From Lama glama (taxonomy: Eukaryota), in contig CM052827.1 of assembly GCA_028534125.1 (NCBI GenBank), positions 67,642,001 to 67,706,000 of the forward strand: 64,000 bases of DNA, in the 5' to 3' direction. Made by a program: the position numbers and the translations under genes. Of this stretch, positions 1-13,993 are shown one piece after another (position 1 is the first letter of the stretch; every line of letters begins with the position of its first letter). The notes under the pieces were generated by a model. The model made no database searches, was not told the DNA's origin, and worked only from the letters and a program-made list of their open reading frames with translations.

Positions 1-779
1 AGCATCATACGCATTACAACCTGGAAACGTTAATCTGACATTCTACCTTGAGGCTAGCGGGTGCGGAAACCGGTGCAGAGACGCTGCCATAGTCCACGCA
101 GGGAGAACTACGGAGCTGCTCCAGGAGGCTGGCGGGGGTGGGGGTACATTCAGGGTGTCTGGCTGACGGGCAAGAGCCGCTGCTCTAAAGCCCGTTGCCT
201 ACTTAGCTTCAACTGGTATTAAGTTCCTCCCACGTATATATGCCACCGAGACCGGGACTGTCACGTACTCAAGGGGCAGTATTTTTGCCCCTCAGGTTAC
301 GAGTGAAGAGACTGTCTCCTCAGGACACTCAGCAAGTAAGTGGTAGGAAAAAAAAAATCAAAGTCAGGTCTCAGCTATGGCGCTCTTCTTGGCTTGTGAC
401 AAACGTTTGACCTAGTGAGATTTCTGTGTGTGACAATCCAGAACTGGAGTCTAAAGCTCGTCTCGCCAACACCAGGGCAGTTCGCTTTGTCTCTGATGGT
501 CCTAGAAGTGACGCTGGAGAGTAAACTTCCTCATTCGGATCAGATCACGTGACGGCAGTAAACCTTTCCCATCTGTTACCCAGCTCCCCGCCCCACACAT
601 CCATGCCAGCGACTCAACACTCCCCCTGTACAGACCCTAAGTAAACTCTCTCCTGGCCCTTAACCAGATTCCCCGTCTGCAGAACGAGGCGACAGCACCA
701 AACCACACAGAGACATGCGAAGCACACAGACGATGCCTCACAGACAGCAGACACCAAATCCACGCTAGCTAACTGCACC

Positions 780-1055
780 TGCCCCTTCCAGCCTTCCCCG
801 TCTTGTAAAGTCCAGTCCACATCGACGCCACGGACTGCTCCAGGAAGAGCTGAATGGCTTCCTCTTCACTTTTTTTGTAACCTGATTTTAATATTTTTTT
901 CATAGTCTCATTGATGTTCTGGCTAAAGTACACGTCTCTTGCTCCAATTAGAATGCAAAAGTAATGTTTCATTTATATTTCACCCTCCATGACGTTAGCA
1001 CAGTGTGATGGGTATAGTTGGTCCCAAATAAGTAACTGCTGAATTCACTGCTGAA
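780..1055 (+). mobile_element. L2 3' end fragment
   Basis: Degenerate match to the L2 tail (ttagcacagtgtgatgggtatagttgg...aaataagtaactgctgaat). Confidence 0.5.
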
Positions 1056-3239
1056 CACTCTCGTTGTCAATCGCTAATTAATTTTAAAATAAATTTGCAG
1101 GGAAGATGATTGTACACACACATCAGTAGAACAAACACATCTGTTAGTGCTACATTAGTTAGTCTCACTCAACTATGACTTAGGAAAAAAGAAATAATTC
1201 CTTGAACATAACACTGTATAGAAGGTAACACCATGGATTTAATAAAAAAGGGTTTGTTATGACATCTGTGAAGCACACTCTATCACGGCCCACAACGCCG
1301 TCCCATCAGCTTCCCGTCCACTCCCACCTCCCCAGCAGAGCCGCCTGACCGAGCGCGCCCACGGTCTGTGACAGCGGACTGCCGGCCAGCCCTGCTGCTT
1401 AGCAAGCGCTCCCTATGCTGAGTTTAAATCGGTCTTCTCATAACTTCTACTCATTCGTTCTAGCTCTTCAATTTACATTAATAAGGCTTGTGCCCCAAGG
1501 AAATCTATAACTGGAACCAGAGTCTTCTAAATTGCAAGCTGCATCCTCTCTCTGCATTCAAACAGAAAGAGAGGAGAAACCATGGAATTCAGAGCAGGAG
1601 AGAAGTTCGTATTGCTTCCTTTCTCTCAGCTGAAGCGCTGGAAACGGGTGTCGCTGGGCCGTAGGCAGATGTGCGGGAAGGGCAGGAGATGAAGTCTAGC
1701 CGGCAAACGCAGTGATGACCGGAGCAGTGAGACGCACCGACGTGCACGGAAAAACAGGCCTGCAGCCCAGCAGCTGTGCCTCCTGGACAGCCCGATCCCC
1801 CACGGGCTCATCCCGTCAGAGACCGCCACACGTCCACGTCCTCCCTCCGTAAGACGGGCAGCTTCAGGCCGCACACGGTTTCAAGCTAGAGGATGCTAAC
1901 AGTTGACCACGTGTAAAGCGAGCCCGCGGAAACTCTCAGCGGGTTCAGTGTAAGTCAGATGCCCTCAAAGGCAAACCAGAATCTGGAAACAAAAAACAAG
2001 CAGAACACTCCGGCCCAAAGGACGGACTTGCACAGCGAAGCAGCCCCCGCCGTCTGGGCCAGCTTTCTAGCTACAGGATTTGCTCACCAAGGGGCGTTGC
2101 AACACGGGCCTATAGATCAAAAAGGCAGCCCTGGAGAGCAACTGCTGGGCACGTGAGATCTGCTGGGCACCCTGTCGTCCCATCCTTGGAGGACAGATCT
2201 AAGGACTGGAAAGGACTTACGTCGTGACTGTCTCGGAAACCCTAGAAGTAGATCTTCAAGAGGCCACGTTCGTTAAAGTCGATATGGTGCGGCTGCGACG
2301 GGGGCAGCTCTGGGTTACTGGCAGACGCCACCGAAGGCGAGAAGGCTAACGCATCATCACTCAGTTTCAAACCCTACAGCGACACCGTTCAGAATATTTT
2401 CACTTCCGGATTTCTGTTACTGATACCATTTACCAAATTCCGACTCCCACCCCCCAGTACGTTCCTGCCAGCCCCGCTCACGCCTCCATAAGAGGGAAGA
2501 CGTCAAGCTTTCTCATGTTAGGAGGTTCTGATAAGATGGAAACATACTTCCTTCCGAACATCACTAGGGCTCCTTCAGCTCAGGAAGGAGCGCGGGCGCT
2601 AGGAGATGCCTGGCCCCTGATCACACACGCCCAGTTCACTGTGGAGTCTCTGCAGAGTGACGTGGCCATCCACCAGCGTCCACAGCGACCGGCAGGAGGC
2701 CGCAGACGACACGTCACATGCTGAACCCAACTGGGCGAGCTGCCGTGAGCCTGCATGGAGGGGGACAGAGCACAGCCTCCAAGTTCAGGACAGACGGCCT
2801 GAGCCAGGTCAGCACAATGTCATCCTGACACTCAGAATCCGGGCTCCTTAAACACAAAAAGGAGGGGAGTCGATAACAAGGACCACAAAAACATTATGAA
2901 ATGATGGCAAGAGCAGGAGACACTCAGCACTGTTTTACTATACACAAGGCGCTGTTTGAGCACTTCAACTTTCCCTATCCACGTCGTACAAACGAGGACG
3001 TTGAGGCAGAGAGAAGCTAAGTAACCTGACCAGGCTGAGAAAGCCGGTAAGTGGCAGGCGAGGGCCCTGCGCTGGTGACGCGTAAGGACCACGATGGGGC
3101 AGACGCGGAGCTCTTCCAGAATGCAGGCCTTCCGGACGCTCCCTGCTCCAGTCTCCCTCTTCTCGGCGGCCCTGTCAGTAAACATTCAGCTGACCGCCCA
3201 CAGCCAGCTCCAGTCTGGAACCTTGGCCCTCACTGGTCC

Positions 3240-3460
3240 CGCACAATCTGGGACAGTAGCCAGGAGCCAAATGTGGCTACTTAAACTCGAATTGACTTTT
3301 AATATTAAATTGAAGCTAAATGAAATGAAAACCTCAGTAACTCAGTCACATTACCCACTCTTCAGGTGTTTGATACCCAAACTTCAGTTCCAGAGGTGAC
3401 CCCACTGGAGAGAAAAGAGAAGCAGCATTTCTCTCTCTGGGGGAAGCTCCCCCGGCTAGC
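3240..3460. mobile_element. MER3/MER33-like hAT-Charlie MITE
   Basis: gtagccaggagccaaatgtggctacttaaa...ctcagtcacattacccactcttcaggtgtttgata matches the MER3 core. Confidence 0.7.
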
Positions 3461-4359
3461 CCAGCTTCCTGACAAGCCTTCTCTGTAAAGGGCCAGTCAG
3501 TACCTTAGGCTTTGCAGGCTGCGTGGGGCTTTGCAGCCGCCACTCCACCCGCCCCTGCAGAGCCAGGCAGTCACAGACCCACGCAGGCAAATGAACACGG
3601 GTGAGCGCCGCCAGAGCAGGCAGCTGGCCCACGGGCCGCAGGGACCAGCCCGCACTCCAGGTGAGCAGAGCTCCCAGGCGCACACCCCCATCTCTGCCCT
3701 CACAGCCCTGCGCCTTCTCCTCCCGAACCAGCACAGCAAAGAGCTGTGGTCGGACTACAGAACCTCCCTGAGCTCTCCGACGAGAGAAACGCGCATCCTC
3801 TGAGTCTCTCCTTACTTCATTCTTCCTCACGAGCGGCAAGTGTGCACCCCCAGCCCAGCTGCTCTTCATGAGCTGAGACTACAGAAGGGGAGCCCCGCCT
3901 GCCAAGACTGAGTTGGTCTGAAGCGGAGCCCAGGGCCCTGCCGGTCCAGGAGCCCCCACGTGGTGTGAATCCTGGTGGTCTGTGGACCACAGTCCGAAGA
4001 ACAAACACCGCCAGCCTCTGAAACACCCGGTGGGAGGAGGGACGAAGGACTGGCGGGTAAACCCGCCTCCCCAAGCTGTGATCCCCAAACCACAGACAGA
4101 AAGCCGTCACCTCACTGCAGCGGCCCCAGGGACGCCCAGGAGGCGGCTGAGCAGGTGAGAGGGCGGAGGCGGCGAGAGAGCCCGGGGGAGGAGGCAGGGG
4201 ACAAAGGCGCTTTTCACAAGGACTCAGGAGCCGACAGGCCCCGCGCCACCACGCTCCCAGCGGCGCAGACCACCCTGCCTGCTGTTCCTGGAGCCCGGAG
4301 GCGGCACAGAGTCTTCACGCACCTATCTTTCCTCACACTAGTTTCCCTCCCTTTAGCAG

Positions 4360-4520
4360 TGGGCTCGTTCATCGTTAGCTGTGACCTTGTGCAAGCTCCT
4401 GGACATCTTAGCGCCTCAGTTTCCTCGTAAGGCCAGACAAAGCGTACCAAAGAGTTCTTGTGAAAATCAAATTAACATTTGCAAAACCTTTAGAATACTG
4501 CTTGGCATAGACTAAAAGCT
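4360..4520 (+). mobile_element. MIR SINE
   Basis: Core gctgtgaccttgtgcaag...gcctcagtttcctc...tgcttggcataga. Confidence 0.75.
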
Positions 4521-5074
4521 TTCTTAAGTGTTAAAGAGATAAAACGCCTTTTAACATCCAATATCCGCCTCCTATGCGTCAGGTACAGCGTCAGATGTAA
4601 AGACACAAACATAAAGAGCCGCTCAGAGGAGACGGAAGCGAAAACACTGTCCTCCACGATGTGCACACGGAGCAGAGAGCTCCGGGGACTTAAGAGAGGA
4701 CGGCCTAGAGAGCCGCTCCCCCGTCGCTGCTGCCACTGCCCCCTGCACTTGGCTAGGACGGCAAGTCCATGCTACGTGCTCTTCACAATAGTAAACACTT
4801 CACAAGTGAAAGTGAAGGGCAGGGTGTGCGCAGACGGGAAGGAAAGCTGACTGGCTGGTCTGGGGCCGGGCAGAGGCTGGAGCAGGCGGCGTAACGGGAG
4901 ACCCAGCCTCCAAGTGGGAGACTGGGTTCCGCACGCCGGGGAGGGGGCGCGGAGACACGACGGCTGGCCTGACGCTGCGCGTCGTGCGCTGTTCAGTCTC
5001 CAGCGACTGTGGGGGAAATCCACCAAAACCTCCCCCAAACCAAAACACAGTCTCACTGTGACAGCAGCATACAT

Positions 5075-5292
5075 GTGAAACTGCAACTGCGGCTAATAAA
5101 CAGTGTTGTGTATTTGAAACTTGAGAGATCTTAAAAGTTCTCATCGTAAGAAAGCAGCTGGAACTGTGTGTGTGAGCAACGTTAACTAGACTTGCTGAGG
5201 TAATCACTCTGCGATACGTACAAACGTCGAATCAGTGTTTTATACCTGACACTAATACAGTGTTGCATGTCAATTATACCTCATTATACAAA
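5075..5292 (+). mobile_element. L1MA/L1MB-type LINE-1 3' end
   Basis: gtatttgaaacttgagagatcttaaaagttctcatc...gttaactagactt...tgtcaattatacctca. Confidence 0.75.
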
Positions 5293-6429
5293 GTATCGCT
5301 CAGAAAACAGGAGCTTTTTTTTTTAAAAAAGGAAACTGACTATTTGGCTCCCTGAATTTGCTTCCACGATAAGACGGCTTCAAGAACAGTCTTGAGTGTC
5401 AACTTTCCGTGTGCGTTTACGCGGTTGGTATGTTTTGTGATACGTGGTGGTATCTTCCTAGGAACGAGAATCTGTCATCCTATTGAAAAATCAAAAAAAT
5501 TATCACTGTTCTAACAAACCAACCACCAACAACAAAACCTACATGCTGAGAGCGTGCCTGGCGGCCCAGGCCCAGGCCGATGCCCACGCCCGCTCCCTCC
5601 TCTGGGTCTCCTCTGCTCTGCCCCGCGCGCTCTCGGCTCAGCCAGGGTGCCCGCCTTCAGCCGCATCTTCACTCGTGTTTCCTCCAACCAGAATGTTCCT
5701 GATAACCCCCCGCCTGGGCCTTCACTTCCTCCCGGCCTCTGCTCAAGCGTCGCCCAGTCAGAAAGGCCTCCCCGACCAGCACACACCCCCTCCCTCGGCT
5801 CCGGCTCCGCGTCCTGCCTGACTTCTCTGATGAACACTTGTCACAGGAGGGCCGGGGAGCCCCACGGAGCGTGCGCTTCCCAGCCCCGCCCACCGCGCGG
5901 TCTCCGGGAGGATCGGGACTGTGTCGTAGCACTACCTTCCTCCAGCTCCCAAAACAGAGTCTGGTGCTCAGCAAGTGATCAAAACCTACTCATGGCGCGA
6001 GGTAGCAGGACGTGAAGAAACCTAAGGGCCCCTTCTCGCCCTGTGGGACGTCTGTAAAAGCCAGGTGGTCGAGTGTTTTGGAGCCTCTCACTTTTAATCA
6101 TATGCGTATTTTAAAACTTAGACTCTAGTAGGCCCCTTCCTTATTAAACAAGTCAAAGGGTCGCCCTAAGTGTGGCAGGAGGTCTGGAGTCTGAACCACA
6201 TGCAGAAGACTCTGTGGTTCCCCAGCGCGAATGCAGTGTGAGCCTGCAGCTTCATCCAGGGGCGTCGCCATCCTCACGGTGCTCTGGAGGGACCAGGACG
6301 GGATGAACGCTTCCCCACTTAGCAGTGAGAAAAGGGCCCAGAGAAGGCGCCTGCCACACACCCGGCTCAGCAACAGAGCCAGAAACACGGACGCCTTCTC
6401 CCTCTCTCAGGCTCTGCTGAGTCACTGGG

Positions 6430-6700
6430 ACCGGATGATTCAGACCCCACTTCGGAGAAAACTTCATCATGGAAACGACTGAAATGACAGTCACGGCAAA
6501 GTCCAGTGGAACCAAGAGCTAAGTGGCTACAGAACAAATACGCTTGTTAGCCGACTCCGCCAACCTCCTCCTCCACCAGCCTCTTGGCATCCTCAGCCTG
6601 CTTCTCAGGGCACTGCCCCTGCCTCTGTCCATGGACGTCACTGCGAGACGACCCCGACACCCCGTCTCACACGCGCTGCCTGGAGGGAGAGGCGGGTCCA
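6430..6700 (-). mobile_element. Possible MLT1 (ERVL-MaLR) LTR remnant
   Basis: Weak resemblance to antisense MLT1 (aaagtccagtgg...cctgcttctcaggg...ccatgg). Confidence 0.3.
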
Positions 6701-6914
6701 CAAACGACGGTTACCGCAGAGACGGCGGCCCCGTCCTCACTGCACGAGGGCGTGTTCGCAGGTGGCGAAGCCATCGCAGCGCAACAATCCTCGCCCCCCG
6801 AGACGTCACCAGGCCCCCTCCCAGCACAGCGCCCCTCCTCAACAGACAGGGAGCGCTCCATGCCTCTGAAGGCCAACGAAGGAAGCAGATTTGTCACCTG
6901 AGGTCATACAGCCC

Positions 6915-7040
6915 AACTCCACCTTGTTACAGATGAGAAAACCGAAACACAAATGAGTTAAAAGACTCGCCTACAGCCACACAGCTGGTTTCTGAGGGCC
7001 AGAGCGGAAGCCCCAGCGTCCTGCCTGCCGGCCCGGGTCC
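6915..7040 (-). mobile_element. MIR SINE
   Basis: ttacagatgagaaaaccgaaacac...gccacacagctggt. Confidence 0.7.
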
Positions 7041-8860
7041 CGCACTTACAAGGGAGCTCATCCCTATCAGCTGCACTCTTTCCTCCTCCGTTTCCCTATA
7101 ATGATCTTCTAGGTTCTGCATGGAGGAGAATCGGTCATTAGACTAAGTGCCCCCAGACCTTCTGACCATTAAGTGCCCCATAAATACTTGAGTGGACTGA
7201 GCCAAATCTGCGTATGACTTACCCCCGTAAGACGCAGAATGCCTTATACGTAAGGCCACCCCATTTGTGATTTTTGGTTTCCATAGTGATTAATAACATT
7301 TACTGCTCCATGTGGTCTGGCTTACATCTATGAACAAGCACTTCCTGATGAATGGCAACTCCTACAAGATATAATTTCCCAAATACTTCAGACAGCTGAT
7401 GAGGAAAAAACACTCCCCACAGAAAAGATTAATAACCCGTCAGGTCATTCACAGCACTGAGAGGCACTCTCCGTCTGCCACGGGATAGCTGATGCTCTCT
7501 GCCTTATAAATCTGTTTCAGGAACATAAGGGTAACATTTGGGTTTTATTAACAAACTTAATGGACAGGATTATACAATTTAGGATTGCAAGAACCACACC
7601 ATAAATCTGATTCAGTAGTTTTCAATCCTACACAACGACAAAGCTGTATTTCACATTTTAATTCTTCAGTTATTACTTTTAGATTTGCAGAGGGCCCTGT
7701 TCAGTGTGTGAGTGACACCCCTCCCCCGCTACACCCAGCACACTGGAGCCTAACAGCGCTGTCGTCCTCTGGGTGGAGACATGGGGCGAGGTGCAAAGCA
7801 GAAGCCACGGAAACAGCCACGAGCTCCGGGAGCCAGCCAGCCCCCCACTGCCTCCAGCTGCCTTTCCGCTGGGGGGGGGGGCTCAGTTCTTCCGCAGGAA
7901 CTGAACTTACCCAAAATGCTCAAGATACTAGGTCGTAAAAAATACAAGAGGAACCTAAGAAGGGTATACATGATTATGTTTTCAGAAATAGTATTTTTTC
8001 TGCTAGCCTCCTCTTCCCAAAAGGTTAAAACATAGGAACTAATTTTGATTTCTTTCCTACTTTGCAACTTCGTGCTGACAGCCTGAAGGGTTGTTGAGTT
8101 AAGAGGGAAAGGGTCAAATATTTTTCAAACAGGACGGGCTGAATTAGTATCTTGATGTTCCCTGGATCTCCGTGGTCTCCTCTGCATGGCTGCAGAAGCC
8201 TGTACACGCTGCTTCTAAGAACATTCCAACAAAATTGCCTCTGGTGGGAACGAGACAGCTGTTCACAGCCTGGACAGAGTACGCGCGTCCTCTGCCCTGG
8301 GAGCCCGGTTTCAGCCTAAAACCATCCTTATTCCTCTTGGGTCACAGACAACTCCCACCTAAAACCCCCAGGATTCCACCCCAATTTCAGCTCTACGCCA
8401 GCCCTCTCCCAACCGGGGGAAATTAGGGGAAATGCCGTTAGTTCAGAGGCAAACCTCCTGAAGTTTTCATTCACGTACGCTCTGAATGAGCCTCACAAGC
8501 ACCTGCTATGTACCCGGCTCAGTGTGGGGGGCGGGGAGCCCTCGGCGACGCACACTCCTCTGGGTGGGGGGGGGCGACGCTGGGGAAGGCAACAGAACAC
8601 ACGCCTTCGCTTCGGTGAAATGCAGCTGTGCTGAGTGAGCAGCCAGAACCCGGGGGAAGCTGCAGAGCTACATACAGATCCCACTCAGCTTCCCCAAGGG
8701 CAGCACTGAGGTCCTTGAACGTCAACTGGACATGTTCCTCAGAATGTGGCCACCCTTACGGAAAGTCTCTCGGAGACGTGAATGGAGAAACCGAAACTGG
8801 GAAAGGAACAGATTCTAACGCGCTTGGTACATAGTATGATTGGGTAGGTCCATGTCTTAC

Positions 8861-8991
8861 CTCTTTGGTAACAAATAACAGAACAAAACTCTGGTCACTA
8901 CAGAACAAGGACTTCCATAAAGAATAAAGAAAGCTGACTGACCGGCTCGGGGCAGTTTCAGACCTCATGTCTTGGCGGTGAGTGATGTGGC
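8861..8991 (-). other. Candidate 131-nt internal exon
   Basis: Acceptor tgtccattccag| before 8991; consensus donor GAG|GTAAGA after 8861; non-repetitive sequence. Confidence 0.55.
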
Positions 8992-11439
8992 CTGGAATGG
9001 ACACGCAACATCTCTGAAGGCAGCTAGCAGAACACTCTCTGCGTTCTGTGACCAGACAACAAGCCTCCCGCCACGCCCCCGGGCAAGGCCACTCCACTAG
9101 CTCTGACCGCGAAAGCACCGTACAGTTAGCACCATGCTGGGGGCTGTCCACTATAGGACTGGTCACCAAAGGACCTGCATTTAAATGCGAGACCACAGGC
9201 TCTCAGGGTGAGTGATTACGCACAGACCTAAGCCATATTCCAACATATGAAATACAAACGTGAAATCCTGCAGGAGATCGGCAGGCACTGAGGGGGAGGC
9301 CGCTCACCGAACAGCCTCACCAGGCGAACAGAAGCACAGCGGCCCCGCCGGCGCTCGGAGGTAAAGCTCCAGGTGCCCGGCCAGAGCCAGAGGAGGGCGA
9401 GGCAGCGCCGAAAGCAAGCACGTGGAGGGGAGAGCGGAAAGAGAAGAAAACAACAGTGCAAAACACACCTCACGTATTGGTCAGTGGTGTTCTGCCACAG
9501 AAAAGGGCCACTGAAGTTACTGAAATCACCGGCACCAAACCACAGTAACCAGATATTTGGGTCACCTCGTGTTCCGATTGCAAATTAGCAGGAAGGTTTA
9601 AAATGCAGTCACTTAACGTAAATGAGTAAGTGTTCACGTGACAGTTAGGCACACGCTGGTCAGTACTCCCGGAAGCAGCAGGACGCGGCAAGAGCGTCAG
9701 TGAGAAGCGGGGCTCTGCAGCCAGCAGGGACCTAGAAGCAACCCTGCCCGCAGAAACTGGCGCGAAGGCAGCCAGGCTCAGACGCCACGCTCGGGCTGTA
9801 CGCACACGTGGTTTAGCCCAAGAGCAGACGTATCTCTCCAGGCGTGGTAAGAGGGCCTCTCAAGCACTCGAGCTCCCGAGGACCGTTACGTACAGGCGCT
9901 TAGAAGACAAGTGTGCTTCGGGGCGCTTTTAATTAATCATTAATGAGGCTAGAAACACCAGTGCAACCTCAGACAGTCATCTACTCGCTCTCCTTAACCA
10001 AGTACAGAACAGGAACCGTGACATTTAACCCCAGATGTACGCAGGATAAGCTGACTCCACAAGCAGAAGCCAGCTACAGGGAGAGACCAGAGGGACTCGT
10101 ACGAAACGCTGGGGGCCCGCACCTTGTGGCAGGAGCGGCTGAACTCTTCCTCCCGAGCAGCTCCTCTGTAAACAGCTTACATAACGTTGCAACCTCGAGG
10201 CAGGAAACACAGGAAGCGACTTCACATCTGTCGCCACGGTGCCCTCAGTACTGAGCACCGCGTCTCACAAGCAGATTTTGAAGCAGAATTATTAAAGCTC
10301 AATTCTAGGCCAAACTTGAAAACTTGAGTCTAAATTTAACTGCTCGAGAATAAAACTTTGTGACTACTAGCAGTGCCCTTAAAGCTAGCAAACTGAGCAA
10401 GTATTCACAAGCTCACAAGGCGGAACTGGGAAGGCACTTGCTCCCTACAGGATCTGTCTCCCTTGAACTGAAGTTTTATCCTGAGAAATCCCGTCGCGAA
10501 GGACGGGATGGACGCTGGGGCCTGCAGCTGAGAAAACACCTGCATTATCAGGCTGAACTCCACTGGGGGAGGAGCGGAGTTTAAAACCTCTCTCACCCCG
10601 CCGGTGACAGAAGGTTGTTTCTCGAGTTTCCCTTCTGAGTACTCCTACTTCAAGGAAAATTCTGCAAAAACATAGGAATACGCTAGGGAAGCGCTAACAG
10701 CGAATTAAATGCTTGTCTTAAACGACTGATACCAGGAGAAACGTTAACGTCCATCCATTTTCTAGAAAACCTAAAAGACAAGCAAACACAGTTTAACGTC
10801 CTTCCTCTTCTAATAAAGTGACTGAAGCTCCCAAGGCCAGGAGGAGCACAAAGGCTCCCGGACCGTCAGAGCAGAGCCTTGAACCGAGTCCACCACCGGC
10901 TCTGACGTGCCCTACCTCACCTCGCGCCCAGTTCGCATCGGTCTGGCACCTGGCCCGTGTCCTCTGAGCTGGCATTCTTACAGCTTCTTCAGGTTCTCCC
11001 TCAGCTCTCGCATCCAGAAGGTTATCAAGTTCTAACGGTTTCACCTTAGAAATCTCTCACTTCCCCGCTGCCTGAATCTGGGCTGTAACCCAAACCGAAC
11101 CCCCGACACGCATCTCCACCTACTCCAGGCCAGCCGCCGCAACGCCACTGGCTCATGGATCACGTCCACCCTTGCTAAGTGCACACAAGGCTGCAGTGAC
11201 CGCTTCAGGCAGCAGTGGCCACACACCCGCGAGGTTCCTGCCACTCTCAACTGCACCTGCAGCGAGCAGGCCAAGGGAGCCATGACGAAATCCGCATCCA
11301 AATAACGTGGCGTCACCGTGCACATAAAATTCTCGCCCTGTGGCTTCCCAGTTCCTGCTGCAAAGCCTCAGGGGTAAGGGAGGCTTCTCCCGTACTGAGT
11401 TCAGCAGCTGAGGGCACTCGCTAGGAGCTTAGAACCCTC

Positions 11440-11625
11440 CTAAGCGTTAGGGCTCGTGCGACCCTGGGCAAGTCCCTTAACGGTGCTGAGCCTGAATTTC
11501 ATTATAACGGGGGAACGCGAGCAGGACAGACCTCACTCAGGTGCCGTGTCAGCTAAACGGCACAGTGGCTGCACGCGGCCCAGCACCGCGCCTGGCACAC
11601 GGCGAGAGCCCCACAACTGCTATCA
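11440..11625 (+). mobile_element. MIR SINE (GC-shifted)
   Basis: gcgaccctgggcaagtcccttaac...gagcctgaatttc...gcaccgcgcctggcacacggcgag. Confidence 0.7.
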
Positions 11626-11714
11626 CGCAGGAACCGACTGCCTCGCGTGAGGGGATAAGGTGAGACGCCGTGACATCAGCAAGCCTCGCCGGCATCATGA
11701 AACTCATAAATCCC

Positions 11715-11905
11715 CGTGGGGGGGGGGCGTCGCGGGGAAATGCGAACGACTTACGACGGACACAGGGCTTCTTCTGGGGAGAAATATTCTAGGGCTGATC
11801 GTGAAGATGCACAACTCTGAATGTACTTACCACCATGAACCGTATGCCTCAATTGGCCAACAGCATGTGTACGAGTTATATCTCAATAAAGCCACTAAAA
11901 TATAT
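11715..11905 (+). mobile_element. L1M LINE-1 3' end
   Basis: tcttctggggagaaatattctag...gcacaactctgaatgtactta...gagttatatctcaataaagc. Confidence 0.75.
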
Positions 11906-13429
11906 ACACACGAACAATTGAGCATCTTGCTAAGTCCTTAGGCCAAAGCCATGGTGTCATGTTTGCGTAATAAAATGCCTTCAACTTTGGGGTCTTACGT
12001 CAGCAAGATTCGTCCTAATTTTTCCTCCTAATGTTGAGTATAAGGGTCTGATAAACGTGAGACCCTCTCTGCCTCCCCTACCCGTCTGCTCTGGTCGTAC
12101 TGCACTCTCTCCTCAAAAGCTGCTCTGCGCTCCCCGGTGAAGGGGCTGCAGTTACCCAGGGAGCCACAGATAGCGAGAGAGAGACTCCAACAGGAGCCCC
12201 TGAGGTGTCAGAGAGACCAGAAAACAAGGCATCTCCATCCTCTCAACAAGCAGGGGCTCGGTGAGACTCAGGGACAGGTGGGAGGCTAGAGGGAGCTGAG
12301 AACCGAGGGCATGATCCACGTGAGCCAGAGCACCTCTGCGGGCACAGCAATCCGGGGTGTGTCTGAGGACGGCCTGCTGTGAACGTCGTAAGCAAGTGTC
12401 TCAAATGAGGGTCTCAGGGTCCCCAGAGAGCCATGAATACACTCAAAAATCCGTGATGTCTCCAGAATCGTCTTTCAGTTTTGCACGTTCCTGTAAGTGT
12501 TGATCTGAAAGAAGCAGATGTGAGTGCACCCTGGATCGTCTGAACCACCCCTTTACAAACACAGTGCAGTCGAAAGTGCAGACCTGGGCGCGCTTGTGAC
12601 TGTACTTACGGTTCCAGTGGTGCCGAGCGATCCCCGCCAGCAACAGACAGCGCTGATGACGTGCAGGCAGGCACACGCGACGGGGATAAGGGTCCATCTG
12701 AGACACTTCCTTACTGGCTGCTGAGCAGGACTTTGATTTCATGACACCACGGAATGACAGGCAGAGCAGTGCAGCGCTGTACTAATCAGCACGGGCTAAT
12801 GAGGAAAGGACGGGGCAGAGACACCGCCGAGGGAGTCACGCCACAGAAAGGTGCAATGGCGTCAAGGCATTCCTAGGATTGTCACGATGGCCGAAGGTAC
12901 GGCAGGACAAGGGTCTATTTTAGAGGTTCAAAAATACAGAGAGGAGGCGATGATAAGAAAAGGAATTACGTTTAAGTTGTTTCCAAAATGGTGCGGAAAG
13001 GGTCATTTCTACCATCGACTCCCTCCGGCAGTCAGATACTTGGCTGCGCTGAACTGTAAGCACGTTCCACGTCTGTAAGAACTGAAACTAACAGACAGTA
13101 TGTCCCTGTTCCTGATTCCAGTAGCTGCTGAATTAGCTACGTGTTTGGTGCTGATTTCAGTGACTAGAAGGCTAACTTTATCTCTGAATGTACGAGACAC
13201 TGACTGTGCTAGCAAGAAAACTGGAAATCGTTAGTCATTCAAATTGTAATTCAAGTACCGCTCGCCGGCAGAGTCGTGCTCCGGTGGTCCCAGGACAGCA
13301 AGCAAGCCTTCACGTCCACCTGGCGCTCCTGCATAGTGTGTGCTGCCGGCAGGCATTCCTCGTGTCACCGCATCAAAACCCAAAGACTAACGTGCACTGA
13401 GTGTCTATGAGAACCCAAGGCAGCAACTT

Positions 13430-13670
13430 TGTATCATTTTCTAAAAATCAACAGTTAATTTAGTTTCAGCAAAAAAGTATCCATTATATCAACATTTTAA
13501 ATTTTAACGGTTTAAAATATTGTTTGCATTTATCTGTGATGTCTGAAAGTGTTTTAATAGCTGTGTAAGAGCTATAAGCACATGGAGGAATATTTAATTT
13601 CACGCTTGCACATCTTAAGTACAATTAAGAAAGCTGATGAAGTCAACGGAAGGAGTTGTCTGAAATGCCT
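13430..13670. mobile_element. hAT-Charlie DNA transposon remnant
   Basis: AT-rich block ending agctataagcac...cttaagtacaattaag...aagtcaac, resembling Charlie termini. Confidence 0.4.
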
Positions 13671-13871
13671 GTGTGGGCCGTGTGACAAACGCTGCCGTAA
13701 GTAATAACATGAAAGATGTGGGGGTGATTTGGAACGTGTCCATTCCCTCCAAGATCACCTGCGATCCTACTGTGTGCGGCTCCCAGGACACAGCGCGAAC
13801 ACGGCAGACACATCTGCGCCTCCCTGGGGCTTGGAATCTATTAGAAAAGGACCTGAATGCAATGAGTGAGA

Positions 13872-13993
13872 TTCTGGGGGGGCTCCCCAGAAGCAAAGAG
13901 TTGAAAAGGGAGAATCATTTTTAATCTCTTTGAATTGGGAGACAGACCTTTGTTAATGTGCCCGGTTACCAGGATTGCTAAGGAGGCAAACAG
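13872..13993 (+). repeat. ~120-bp direct repeat, copy 1
   Basis: 13901-13993 matches 15461-15553 at 87/93 positions. Confidence 0.95.

Noticed and set aside
769-972. 67-aa ORF with a protein-like look (MKHYFCILIG...EEAIQLFLEQ)
   Set aside because: Antisense to an L2 3' remnant; no supporting splice structure.
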